From Oscillospiraceae bacterium (GTDB lineage: Bacteria > Bacillota > Clostridia > Oscillospirales > Acutalibacteraceae): 64,000 bases of DNA. The notes beneath the pieces were generated by a model that had not been told where the DNA came from, made no database searches, and saw only the letters and a list, made by a program, of their open reading frames with translations. How positions within the stretch are numbered: position 1 is the first letter of the stretch; every line of letters begins with the position of its first letter. Of this stretch, positions 12,498 to 21,676 are shown piece after piece. Made by a program: the position numbers and the translations under genes. The stretch lies in assembly GCA_015066565.1 (NCBI GenBank), contig SVOB01000003.1, positions 2,291 through 66,290 on the forward strand, written 5' to 3'.

Positions 12498-13370
12498 TTA
12501 CCTGTCCTTTTTATAGTTATAAACAGCGTCGGCGATTCTTTCAAAATCCTTTAAGGTGAATTTTTCCGCCCTGATATTTTCGTCAAAACCCAAATCGGTT
12601 AAAATCTGTAACACGGCGGATTTTTCAATCGAAAGTCCCGAACTTAAAGAGTTGACGGCAGTCTTTCTTCTCTGGGCAAAGGCGGATTTTACAACCTGCC
12701 AAAAGAGCTTTTCGTCCTTGGGATTGACGGGGTTTTCCTTTAAGAGCTTAAGCGAAATTACCTCGCTGTCAACCTTTGGCGAGGGCAAAAAGCATCCTCT
12801 CGGAACAAAGAAGAGCTTTTCGGCGGTTGAATAGTAGTTTACCGCTGCCGTAAGAGCGCCCGAATCCCTGTCGCCGACTGAAGCGCAGATTCTGTCAGCG
12901 GCTTCCTTCTGAACCATTACGATAATTTTTTCTATCGGAAGCCTGCTTTCAAGAAGCTTCATAATAACGGGCGAGGTGATGTAATAGGGGAGGTTTGCGC
13001 AGACCGAAACCTTTCTGTCACCGAAATTTTCTTTAATAAGCGAGTGCAAATCAACCTTGAGAATATCGTCGTTTACTATTTCGATATTGTCAAATCCGTT
13101 AAGCGTTTGGGAAAGAACGGGAAGAAGCCTTGTGTCAAGCTCAATTGACACTACCTTTTCGGCTCTTTCGGCAAGCTCGCTTGTGAGAACGCCTACGCCC
13201 GCGCCTATTTCAATTATACCCGTTTCGCCGTCCGAAACTGCCTCGTCAGCCATTCTCGGACAAACGGAGGGGTCAATGAGAAAATTCTGCCCGAGCTTCT
13301 TTGAAAAATGAAAGCCGTTTTGCTCAAGCAGGCGTTTAACGGTATTAATATCGGACAGATTATACATCAT
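12498..13370 (-). CDS. rsmA: 16S rRNA (adenine1518/1519-N6)-dimethyltransferase
   Basis: KKLGQNFL, IEIGAGVGVLT SAM motif, NLPYYITSPV. Confidence 0.95.
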   Translation of the reverse strand: MMYNLSDINTVKRLLEQNGFHFSKKLGQNFLIDPSVCPRMADEAVSDGETGIIEIGAGVGVLTSELAERAEKVVSIELDTRLLPVLSQTLNGFDNIEIVNDDILKVDLHSLIKENFGDRKVSVCANLPYYITSPVIMKLLESRLPIEKIIVMVQKEAADRICASVGDRDSGALTAAVNYYSTAEKLFFVPRGCFLPSPKVDSEVISLKLLKENPVNPKDEKLFWQVVKSAFAQRRKTAVNSLSSGLSIEKSAVLQILTDLGFDENIRAEKFTLKDFERIADAVYNYKKDR

Positions 13371-13543
13371 TTCACCTCTTTAAAATCAACTGACTGCTAT
13401 TTTATCACATAATTTCCGTTTTAACAATATGTTAAACTGTGAGAAAAGCCAAAATACTGTCCGAAAGGTTGAAATTGAACTTGAATTGGTATAAAATAAT
13501 CATAATAATTTATGATTGATTTTTAAGTTTTCGGAGGATATAT

Positions 13544-15958
13544 ATGAACTATCGTTTAACTAAAGCTCAGGCAAAGGAATTGCTTGAAAACAAGCTCTCG
13601 CATTTTATCGGCGTCGAGCCGCAGAATGCGACTGACGAGCAGTATTATAAGGCAGTTGCGCTTGTGCTTCGCGATTTAATGAGCAGAGGACGCACGGAGT
13701 TCTTTGAAAAGGGCGAAAAGAACGGCTCAAAGACCGTTTATTACCTTTGCATGGAATTTCTTATGGGTCGTTCTCTTAAGAACACGCTTTATAACCTTAA
13801 TCTTACGAACACCTTCAAGAATGTTCTTAAGGATTATGACGTTAAGCTTGAAAAGCTTTATGAATGTGAGCCTGACGCGGGTCTCGGCAACGGCGGTCTC
13901 GGCAGACTTGCCGCCTGTTATTTGGACGGACTTGCAACCGACGGCTATCCCGCAAGAGGTTATTCAATTCTTTACGAAGCGGGTATTTTCAAGCAGAAGC
14001 TTATTGACGGCTGGCAGACCGAGCTTCCCGATTTCTGGCTTCCCGGCGGCGAGGTATGGCTTGTTCCCCACGAGGAATGGGCGCTCGACGTCTCCTTTGA
14101 GGGCGAGGTTAAGGATTCGTGGGAGGGCTCGTTCCACCACGTTGAAATAGTTAATTCAAAGCCCGTTAAGGCCGTGCCCTACGATATGTATGTTGCAGGT
14201 AAGGACGGCAAGGGAATTTCGGTTCTCCGTCTCTGGTCCGCAAAGGCGGCTTCGCTTGATATGAACCTGTTTAACCAGGGCGACTATCTCAGAGCGCTTG
14301 AACAGAACGCTATGGCAGAGGTTATTTCAAAGGTTCTTTACCCTGCTGACAATCATCCCGAGGGTAAATCGCTTCGCCTCCGCCAGCAGTATTTCCTCGT
14401 TTCCGCTTCTGTTCAGGATATAGTAAGACGTCATCTCCGTCATTATAACACGGTTGATAATTTTGCCCAGAAGGTCGCTATCCATATTAACGACACCCAT
14501 CCGACAATGGCTATTCCCGAGCTTATGAGAATTCTTCTTGACGAGTGCGGCTACGGCTGGGATGAGGCTTGGAACATTGTCACAAGCACTGTCGCTTACA
14601 CTAACCATACGGTTATGAAAGAGGCGCTTGAATGTTGGCCCGAGGATTTGTTCAAGAGACTTCTTCCGAGAATTTATCAGATTACAAAGGAAATTGACAA
14701 CCGCTTCAGAGCTTTTGTCTGGAACGCAACGGGCAACGGCGACACGGTTGAAAGAATGGCTATAATTTCTAACGGCGTAGTAAGAATGGCTAACCTCTGC
14801 GTAGCGGGAAGCCACTGCGTCAACGGCGTTTCGGCTCTTCACAGTGAAATCCTTAAGAATACCGTTTTCAGCGATTTCTATGCTCTTACGCCCTCAAAGT
14901 TCACTAACGTAACTAACGGCATCGCTCACAGACGTTGGCTCTGTCAGTCAAACCCCGAGCTTTCTTCTCTTATCAAGGAATTAATCGGCGACGGCTATGT
15001 TCTTAACGCAAGTGAGCTTGAAAGATTAAAGGCGTTTAAAGACGACAAGGCTGTTCTTGAAAAAATTGCCGAGGTCAAGTATAAGAATAAGGTCGATTTC
15101 TCTAACTATATTAAAAAGACAACGGGTGTTTCTCTTGACCCCGAGTCAATATTTGACGTTCAGGTTAAGCGACTTCACGAGTATAAGCGTCAGCATCTTA
15201 ACGCTCTTAACATTGTTGCCGAGTATCTTAAGATTAAGGAAAACCCGAACGGAGACTATACTCCCCATACCTATATTTTCGGCGCAAAGGCGGCGGCAGG
15301 CTACTTTATGGCTAAAAAGATTATCAGCTTTATCTGCGCGATCTCCGAAATGATTAACAACGACCCCGATGTAAACAAGTACCTCAAGGTGTTCTACGTT
15401 GAGGACTACAACGTAACAAAGGCCGAAAGACTTATTCCCACAGCCGATATTTCAGAGCAGATTTCACTTGCGGGAACCGAAGCGAGCGGAACGAGCAATA
15501 TGAAGTTTATGATTAACGGCGCGGTAACGCTCGGAACTCTTGACGGCGCAAACGTTGAAATTCACGATGCAGTGGGCGACGACAATATTGTTATCTTCGG
15601 TATGACAACGCCCGAGGTTGAACAGCTTAAGCACAGGGGATATAACCCGCAGACATATTATGATAACAACGAGGAAATAAGAAAGGTTCTTGATTTCCTT
15701 AACCGTAACGGCGTAAACGGTAAGTTCTTCCCCGAAATCACTTCGGGTATTCTCTACAATGACCCGTATATGGTACTTGCCGATTTCCAGGATTATCATA
15801 ACGCTCAGCAGACAATCACTTCTCTCTGGAACGATAAAAAGAAATTCGCTCAGATGTCACTTATGAATACCGCTAACGCGGGAATTTTCGCCGCAGACCG
15901 TTCAATAAGGGAATATGCAGAAAATATCTGGCACACAAAATCAGCTTTTAAGAAGTAA
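13544..15958 (+). CDS. glgP: Glycogen/maltodextrin phosphorylase (GT35)
   Basis: GLGNGGLGRLAAC and the PLP site EASGTSNMKF. Confidence 0.95.
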   Translation: MNYRLTKAQAKELLENKLSHFIGVEPQNATDEQYYKAVALVLRDLMSRGRTEFFEKGEKNGSKTVYYLCMEFLMGRSLKNTLYNLNLTNTFKNVLKDYDVKLEKLYECEPDAGLGNGGLGRLAACYLDGLATDGYPARGYSILYEAGIFKQKLIDGWQTELPDFWLPGGEVWLVPHEEWALDVSFEGEVKDSWEGSFHHVEIVNSKPVKAVPYDMYVAGKDGKGISVLRLWSAKAASLDMNLFNQGDYLRALEQNAMAEVISKVLYPADNHPEGKSLRLRQQYFLVSASVQDIVRRHLRHYNTVDNFAQKVAIHINDTHPTMAIPELMRILLDECGYGWDEAWNIVTSTVAYTNHTVMKEALECWPEDLFKRLLPRIYQITKEIDNRFRAFVWNATGNGDTVERMAIISNGVVRMANLCVAGSHCVNGVSALHSEILKNTVFSDFYALTPSKFTNVTNGIAHRRWLCQSNPELSSLIKELIGDGYVLNASELERLKAFKDDKAVLEKIAEVKYKNKVDFSNYIKKTTGVSLDPESIFDVQVKRLHEYKRQHLNALNIVAEYLKIKENPNGDYTPHTYIFGAKAAAGYFMAKKIISFICAISEMINNDPDVNKYLKVFYVEDYNVTKAERLIPTADISEQISLAGTEASGTSNMKFMINGAVTLGTLDGANVEIHDAVGDDNIVIFGMTTPEVEQLKHRGYNPQTYYDNNEEIRKVLDFLNRNGVNGKFFPEITSGILYNDPYMVLADFQDYHNAQQTITSLWNDKKKFAQMSLMNTANAGIFAADRSIREYAENIWHTKSAFKK

Positions 15959-15963
15959 TTTTT

Positions 15964-17814
15964 ATGGATTTTTGTTTTTATTCTTCACGCAACAGCTTTT
16001 ATAAGAATAAATTCGGTGCTATAGCCGCAGGGGATACTCTGCGGCTTTGTCTTCTTATGCCAAGGTCGTTTTTTGTTCACAGCGCAAGCCTTGCCATAAA
16101 CAAGGACGGAGAGGAAATAAAACAGCTTCCGATGTACTGGGCAGGAATGCACGGTGACGGGTGCGAGGTCTGGGATATTAATTTCACCCTTGACGAGCCG
16201 GGGCTTTATTGGTATTACTTTGAGTATTCAACCGATTTCGGAACCGCTTCAATAAAGAATTTAGGCAACGATAAATGCGCTGTTAATTTCGGCGAGGGTT
16301 GGCAACTGACGGTTTATTCGCCCGATTTCAAGACTCCCGATTGGCTCAAGGGCGGTATTATTTATCAGATTTTTCCCGACAGATTTTATTTTTCGGGCGA
16401 GAAGAAGAAAAACGTTCCCTCCGACAGAATTATCCGAAGCGACTGGGGGGCTGAGCCTTACTGGAAGCCCGACAAAAACGGAAAGGTTCTCAATAACGAT
16501 TATTTTTGCGGCGACCTTAAGGGAATAGAAGAAAAACTCGGCTATTTAAGCGAGCTTGGAGTAACCTGTATTTATCTCAACCCGATTTTTGAAGCCCATT
16601 CAAATCACAGGTACAATACCGCCGATTACCTTAAAATTGACCCGCTTCTCGGAACAAAGGCGGATTTCGTTTCGCTTTGTAAAAAGGCTGAGGAAAAGGG
16701 AATAAAAATAATTCTTGACGGCGTGTTTTCCCATACGGGCGACGACAGCGTTTATTTCAATAAATATAAAAGATATCAAAGCGTCGGCGCATACAACTCG
16801 GAAAAATCGCCCTATTTTGACTGGTATAAATTCGATGTTTTCCCCGACGAATACAAAAGCTGGTGGGGGTTTGAAACTCTTCCCGAGGTCAGGAAGGAAA
16901 ACGAAAGCTATCAGCAGTTTATCACCGGCAAAAACGGGGTTATAGAAACGTGGCTGAAAGCAGGCGCAAGCGGTTTTCGGCTTGACGTTGCGGATGAATT
17001 GCCCGACTGCTTTATGGACGTTCTTCGTAAAAGCGTTAAAAGGACAGACAAAAACGCCGTTTTAATCGGCGAGGTCTGGGAGGACGCAACAAACAAGGAA
17101 AGCTACGGCGAAAGACGGCGCTATCTTTTGGGCGACCAGCTTGACAGCGTTATGAACTATCCGTTTGCAAACGCAATTCTTGACTTTGTCCGCTTCGGTA
17201 ATGCCGAGGAATTTTATGAAAGAGTAATTTCGGTTGTTGAAAACTATCCGCCCGAAGCGATAAATGTTCTTATGAACCATATCGGAACCCACGACACCGA
17301 AAGGGCAATAACAAAAATTGCGGGCGAAAGCTGTGAAAACAGGGGCAGACCGTGGCAGGCTTCTCATAAGCTAAGCGACGAAGAGTATGAAAGGGGCGTA
17401 AGGCTTTTAAAGCTGGCGGCTGTTTTACAGTTTACTCTTCCGGGCGTTCCGTCCGTTTATTACGGCGACGAAGCGGGTATGCAGGGCTACAAGGACCCGT
17501 TCAACCGAGGCTGTTACCCCTGGGGAAACGAGAACAAGGAGCTTATTTCTTTCTATAAAAAACTCGCTTCCTTAAGAAAGGGTATACCCGCCTTAAAGGA
17601 CGGTCAGCTTCGTTTTGTTTCAAATATTCTTTCGTGCGTCGCCTTTGAAAGAAGAAGCGGTAACAGCCGTCTTCTCGTTATAGCCAATAAAAACGGGGAA
17701 GAAATAACCTATACTCTTCCGCCCGAGTGGTTCGGCGCAAGCGAGATAAACGGCCTTGAAACAGACGGTTGTAATGTTAAAATTCCGCCCGATACGGCGG
17801 CGATATTCAGATAA
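15964..17814 (+). CDS. GH13 alpha-amylase-family enzyme (neopullulanase/cyclomaltodextrinase-like)
   Basis: GH13 regions DGVFSHTG, GFRLDVADEL, IGEVWED, NHIGTHDT. Confidence 0.85.
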   Translation: MDFCFYSSRNSFYKNKFGAIAAGDTLRLCLLMPRSFFVHSASLAINKDGEEIKQLPMYWAGMHGDGCEVWDINFTLDEPGLYWYYFEYSTDFGTASIKNLGNDKCAVNFGEGWQLTVYSPDFKTPDWLKGGIIYQIFPDRFYFSGEKKKNVPSDRIIRSDWGAEPYWKPDKNGKVLNNDYFCGDLKGIEEKLGYLSELGVTCIYLNPIFEAHSNHRYNTADYLKIDPLLGTKADFVSLCKKAEEKGIKIILDGVFSHTGDDSVYFNKYKRYQSVGAYNSEKSPYFDWYKFDVFPDEYKSWWGFETLPEVRKENESYQQFITGKNGVIETWLKAGASGFRLDVADELPDCFMDVLRKSVKRTDKNAVLIGEVWEDATNKESYGERRRYLLGDQLDSVMNYPFANAILDFVRFGNAEEFYERVISVVENYPPEAINVLMNHIGTHDTERAITKIAGESCENRGRPWQASHKLSDEEYERGVRLLKLAAVLQFTLPGVPSVYYGDEAGMQGYKDPFNRGCYPWGNENKELISFYKKLASLRKGIPALKDGQLRFVSNILSCVAFERRSGNSRLLVIANKNGEEITYTLPPEWFGASEINGLETDGCNVKIPPDTAAIFR

Positions 17815-17825
17815 TTATACTATTT

Positions 17826-17859
17826 AATCCCCGATAATAATTCGGGGATTATTTTTTTT
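17826..17859 (+). terminator. Rho-independent terminator
   Basis: AATCCCCGA-taataa-TTCGGGGATT followed by a T8 run. Confidence 0.85.
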
Positions 17860-17870
17860 GCTTTTAAGCC

Positions 17871-17926
17871 TTGACAATACTGTTTTTTTATACTAAAATT
17901 GAAAACGGTTTTCATTTTCAAAATGA
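17871..17926 (+). promoter_or_regulatory. zur-znu promoter with two overlapping 7-1-7 Fur-family operator palindromes
   Basis: TTGACA (17871-76), 17 nt, TAAAAT (17894-99). Then TGAAAACgGTTTTCA (17900-14) and TCATTTTcAAAATGA (17912-26). Confidence 0.65.
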
Positions 17927-17936
17927 GGGTGAAGAA

Positions 17937-18341
17937 ATGGGTTATAATACAAAACAGCAGGATGCTATTCTCTCTGTTCTTAAAAGCACGAAGGGCAAGC
18001 ACATAACTGCTGACGAAATTTATTTAAAACTTATTCATCAGGGCAAGGCGGTAGGCAAGACTACTATCTACCGACACCTTGAAAAACTGACAGCCGACGG
18101 AACGGTCCGCCGCTTCGCTACGGGCGACAATTCCGGCGCCTGTTATCAGCTTTCCTCGTCCCACTGTAACGAGCATTACCATCTTAAATGCTCCGAATGC
18201 GGAAAACTGATACACGTTGAATGCGATTTTCTTGACGAACTGGCGAAGCACCTTATGACTGACCACAGCTTCGAGCTTGATAAATGCAAGACCGTTCTTT
18301 ACGGAAAATGCAAGGATTGCAGGGAGGGAAAAGAAGAATGA
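17937..18341 (+). CDS. zur: Fur-family metalloregulator, probably Zur
   Basis: Winged helix plus CxxC pairs (CSECGK, CKDC). Overlaps the znuA-like gene; ATG 17937 follows GAGGGTGAAG. Confidence 0.8.
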   Translation: MGYNTKQQDAILSVLKSTKGKHITADEIYLKLIHQGKAVGKTTIYRHLEKLTADGTVRRFATGDNSGACYQLSSSHCNEHYHLKCSECGKLIHVECDFLDELAKHLMTDHSFELDKCKTVLYGKCKDCREGKEE

Positions 18342-19294
18342 AAAAAATCATAAGTGTTTTACTTGCGCTTTCTTTAGTGCTTACGCTTTTTGCCGCCTGC
18401 AGTAATAAGCAGGGCAAAACGGATAATTCTGACGGCAAAATCAAAATAATTACAACTATTTTCCCGCCTTACGATTTCACGAAGAATATAGTTTCGGATA
18501 AGGCGGATGTCAAAATGCTTCTTCCCTTGGGCAGTGAGTCACATTCGTTTGAACCCGGCACGCAGGATATTCTGTCAATTCAGAGTTGCGATATTTTTAT
18601 CTGTATCGGCGGAGAAAGTGAAAAATGGGTTGAAAAGGTACTCGATTCCGTTGATTCAAAAAAGGTTAAGGTCATTTCACTTCTCGACATTGTTGACCCT
18701 AAGGAAGAGGAAATAGTTGAGGGAATGGAAGAAGAGAAAGAAGACGAAGAAGGCGGCGCGGTTATTGAATATGACGAGCACGTCTGGACCTCGCCCGTAA
18801 ATGCGGCTAAAATTACTCAGGCGATTTGCGACGCGGTTTGCGAAAAGGACAGCGCAAACGCCGAAGCCTATAAACAGAACGCCGCTTCTTATATTGAAAA
18901 GCTCAATTCTCTCGATAAGGCGTTCAGGGATATGGTTTCTTCTTCAAAGCGCGATCGAATTGTTGTCGCCGACCGTTTCCCGTTCAGGTATCTTTGCGAC
19001 GAATACGGACTTAAGTATTCAGCGGCTTTTGCGGGTTGTTCGGCTTCTACCGACCCGAGCGCAAACACGGTAAAATATCTTATAAACAAGGTTAATGACG
19101 AAAAAATCCCCGTAATTTTCTATATCGAATTTTCACAGCAGACAGTTGCGAACACTGTTCTTCAGTCAACGAAGGCAAAGGCTCTGGAACTTCATTCGTG
19201 CCACAACGTTTCAAAAGAGGATTTTGACAACGGCGTAGGCTATATCGAACTGATGAACAGAAATCTTGAGGCTTTAAGGGAGGCGCTTAACTGA
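18338..19294 (+). CDS. znuA: Metal (zinc) ABC transporter substrate-binding lipoprotein
   Basis: Lipobox LFAAC, cluster A-I SBP layout, acidic loop EEEIVEGMEEEKEDEEGG. Confidence 0.85.
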   Translation: MKKIISVLLALSLVLTLFAACSNKQGKTDNSDGKIKIITTIFPPYDFTKNIVSDKADVKMLLPLGSESHSFEPGTQDILSIQSCDIFICIGGESEKWVEKVLDSVDSKKVKVISLLDIVDPKEEEIVEGMEEEKEDEEGGAVIEYDEHVWTSPVNAAKITQAICDAVCEKDSANAEAYKQNAASYIEKLNSLDKAFRDMVSSSKRDRIVVADRFPFRYLCDEYGLKYSAAFAGCSASTDPSANTVKYLINKVNDEKIPVIFYIEFSQQTVANTVLQSTKAKALELHSCHNVSKEDFDNGVGYIELMNRNLEALREALN

Positions 19295-19995
19295 TGGCGC
19301 AGGTTAAATGCGAAAACGTTTCACTCGCTTATGACGGGATGAAAATTGTTTCGGATCTTAATTTCGAGGTAAATAAGGGCGACTATCTTTGTATAGTCGG
19401 TGAAAACGGCTCGGGCAAGAGTACGCTTATTAAAACCCTTCTCGGACTGAAAACTCCGAATGACGGGTCAATCAACTTCGGAGACGGTCTTACTCAGGAT
19501 GAAATAGGCTATCTTCCCCAGCAGACGAGCGCCCAGAAGGATTTTCCCGCCTCGGTTTATGAGGTCGTTCTTTCGGGCTGTCTTAACAAAATCGGTAAGA
19601 AGCCGTTTTTCTCAAAGGCGGATAAGAAAAGAGCCGAAATGAATATCGAGCGACTTGGAATTTCCGACCTTAAAAAGCGTTGCTACAGAGAGCTTTCGGG
19701 CGGTCAGCAGCAAAGGGTGTTGCTTGCAAGGGCGCTTTGCGCAACGGAAAAGCTTCTTCTTCTTGACGAGCCTACGGCAGGCCTTGACCCGAAGGTAACA
19801 ATGGATTTCTATGCGCTTATTTCTTCGCTTAACAAAAGCGGAATTACAATAATTATGGTTTCTCACGATATAAACGCGGCGGTTGAGTATTCAAGTCATA
19901 TTCTCCATATGAGCCACAAACCGCTTTTCTTCGGAAAAACCTCGGATTATGTTCAGAGCCCTATCGGCAGGGCGTTCATAGGGGGTGACGAATAA
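19294..19995 (+). CDS. znuC: Metal ABC transporter ATP-binding protein
   Basis: Walker A GENGSGKST, signature LSGGQQQR, Walker B LLLLDEP. Confidence 0.9.
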   Translation: MAQVKCENVSLAYDGMKIVSDLNFEVNKGDYLCIVGENGSGKSTLIKTLLGLKTPNDGSINFGDGLTQDEIGYLPQQTSAQKDFPASVYEVVLSGCLNKIGKKPFFSKADKKRAEMNIERLGISDLKKRCYRELSGGQQQRVLLARALCATEKLLLLDEPTAGLDPKVTMDFYALISSLNKSGITIIMVSHDINAAVEYSSHILHMSHKPLFFGKTSDYVQSPIGRAFIGGDE

Positions 19996-20843
19996 TGGAT
20001 ATGACCTTTGCTCAGTTTCTCGATTATTTTAAATTACCCTTTATTCAGTATGCGTTTATAGTCGGAATTATAGTTTCGCTTTGTTCGTCGCTTCTGGGAG
20101 TGAGCCTTGTTTTAAAGCGTTATTCAATGATAGGCGACGGGCTTTCGCACGTCGGCTTCGGAACACTCGCCGTAGCTTCAGCGTTAAACCTCACGAATCA
20201 GTCAATGTTTATTTCAATTCCCGTTGTTGTGCTTTCGGCTTTTCTGCTTTTAAGACTTAACGAAAACAGCAAAATCAAGGGCGACTCGGCTATTGCGCTT
20301 ATATCTACAAGCGCGCTTGCAATCGGTTACACAATGTCCTATACCTCGACGAATTCGTCAAGCGTTGACGTCTGTAACTTTATGTTCGGCTCGCTTCTGA
20401 CTATAAAAAAGGCAGAGGTGCTTCCGTCGATTCTTCTTTCGGTAGTAGTTCTTGTTATTTTCGTTTTCTTCTACAACCGCATTTTCGCCGTTACGTTTGA
20501 CGAAACCTTCGCCAAGGCGACGGGAACTAAAAGCGGACTTTACAATATGCTTATAGCTTTTCTTACGGCGGTAACAATAGTTATGGGTATGAAGATAATG
20601 GGTACTCTTCTTATTTCTGCTCTCATTATTTTCCCTGCGCTTACGTCAATGAGACTTTGTAAGAGCTTTAAGGGAGTTGTTGTCCTTTCGGCGATTATTT
20701 CGATTATATGCTGTATAGCGGGTATTGTTGCGGGTATCATTCTCGGTACGCCCACAGGCTCGTCGATAGTTCTTTGCAACCTGGTTCTGTTCCTTATTTT
20801 CAGCGTGATTGCATCTTGCATTAAAAGAAAAAAAGCGGTATAA
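19995..20843 (+). CDS. znuB: Metal ABC transporter permease (ABC-3 family)
   Basis: 8-9 TM segments; translationally coupled to znuC (TAATG). Confidence 0.9.
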   Translation: MDMTFAQFLDYFKLPFIQYAFIVGIIVSLCSSLLGVSLVLKRYSMIGDGLSHVGFGTLAVASALNLTNQSMFISIPVVVLSAFLLLRLNENSKIKGDSAIALISTSALAIGYTMSYTSTNSSSVDVCNFMFGSLLTIKKAEVLPSILLSVVVLVIFVFFYNRIFAVTFDETFAKATGTKSGLYNMLIAFLTAVTIVMGMKIMGTLLISALIIFPALTSMRLCKSFKGVVVLSAIISIICCIAGIVAGIILGTPTGSSIVLCNLVLFLIFSVIASCIKRKKAV

Positions 20844-20876
20844 TCCAGTTGAATCGGGTTTAAAAGAGGTGTATTT

Positions 20877-21431
20877 ATGAAAAAAATTATTTCTCTTGTT
20901 CTTTGCGGCGTAATGCTTTTTGCGTTTTCTTCCTGTGGGAATAAGCAGAGCGTTATTGATAACGCCAGAAAGCAGAGGGAAACAACAACGGAAACGCTTG
21001 AAAACGTTTTCTCGATTCGTGAGGAGATTTTTGTCGCAACTGTTGACAATATTTACAGAGAAACCCAGAAATATATTGACGACTACAGCTATGTAAAATA
21101 TGTCGGCTTTGTTCTTACTCAGGAGGACCCGTCTGACAGCAAGGTTAAATATCCCTGGGTTTGCCGTTACGGCCCCGGTTGCTGCGGAAGCGGAACAACA
21201 CCCGGCTTCGTAGTTGTTTACGACGGCGAGCTTCCCGCGGAAAAAACCTGGGTTGAGGTTACGGGTAAGCTTAAGATTGCCAAGGAGGGCGACGACATTT
21301 ATAACTATCTCCACGACCTTTTAGGCACTCTTTACAACGAGGATAATACGGCTATTGCGACCTACGCTTATTTTGAAATCGAGCGTGTTGTTCCCGCAAA
21401 GCCCGGACTTGAAACGGTAGGTATTACCTGA
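20877..21431 (+). CDS. Lipoprotein with CC-motif beta-rich domain resembling the DUF1980 C-terminal domain
   Basis: Signal peptide plus lipobox FSSCG. VGFVLTQ...WVCRYGPGCCGSGTTPGFVVVYDG...TWVEVTGKL resembles DUF1980/TIGR03943-type C-termini as recalled. Last gene of the Zur-controlled cluster. Confidence 0.5.
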   Translation: MKKIISLVLCGVMLFAFSSCGNKQSVIDNARKQRETTTETLENVFSIREEIFVATVDNIYRETQKYIDDYSYVKYVGFVLTQEDPSDSKVKYPWVCRYGPGCCGSGTTPGFVVVYDGELPAEKTWVEVTGKLKIAKEGDDIYNYLHDLLGTLYNEDNTAIATYAYFEIERVVPAKPGLETVGIT

Positions 21432-21580
21432 TAAAAATGAGAAAAATAAATTTGTTCACAATTTGTTCATATTTTTGTGTAGAGTTTGACAAAAATGGTT
21501 GATATTATGAAATTGACAAAAGGAGATATGTAGATCTCCTAAAAGCCAATCCAAATATTCTTTATTTTTCTCTTTCCAGG

Positions 21581-21612
21581 AAAAAGCCGACACAGAGGTG
21601 TCGGCTTTTTCT
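21581..21612 (+). terminator. Rho-independent terminator
   Basis: AAAAAGCCGACAC-agag-GTGTCGGCTTTTT. Confidence 0.85.
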
Positions 21613-21635
21613 TTTGTTCTGAAAATCGGCATAAT

Positions 21636-21666
21636 AAAAACCCCTGAATTATTCAGGGGTTTTGCG
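21636..21666. terminator. Bidirectional terminator downstream of the prepilin peptidase gene
   Basis: AAAAACCCCTGAAT-ta-TTCAGGGGTTTTG. Confidence 0.8.
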
Positions 21667-21676
21667 GTTTTATTTT

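Noticed and set aside
21496-21531. Mini-ORFs MVDIMKLTKGDM / MKLTKGDM as leader peptides
   Set aside because: No RBS and no downstream gene to regulate, since the neighbours are convergent.
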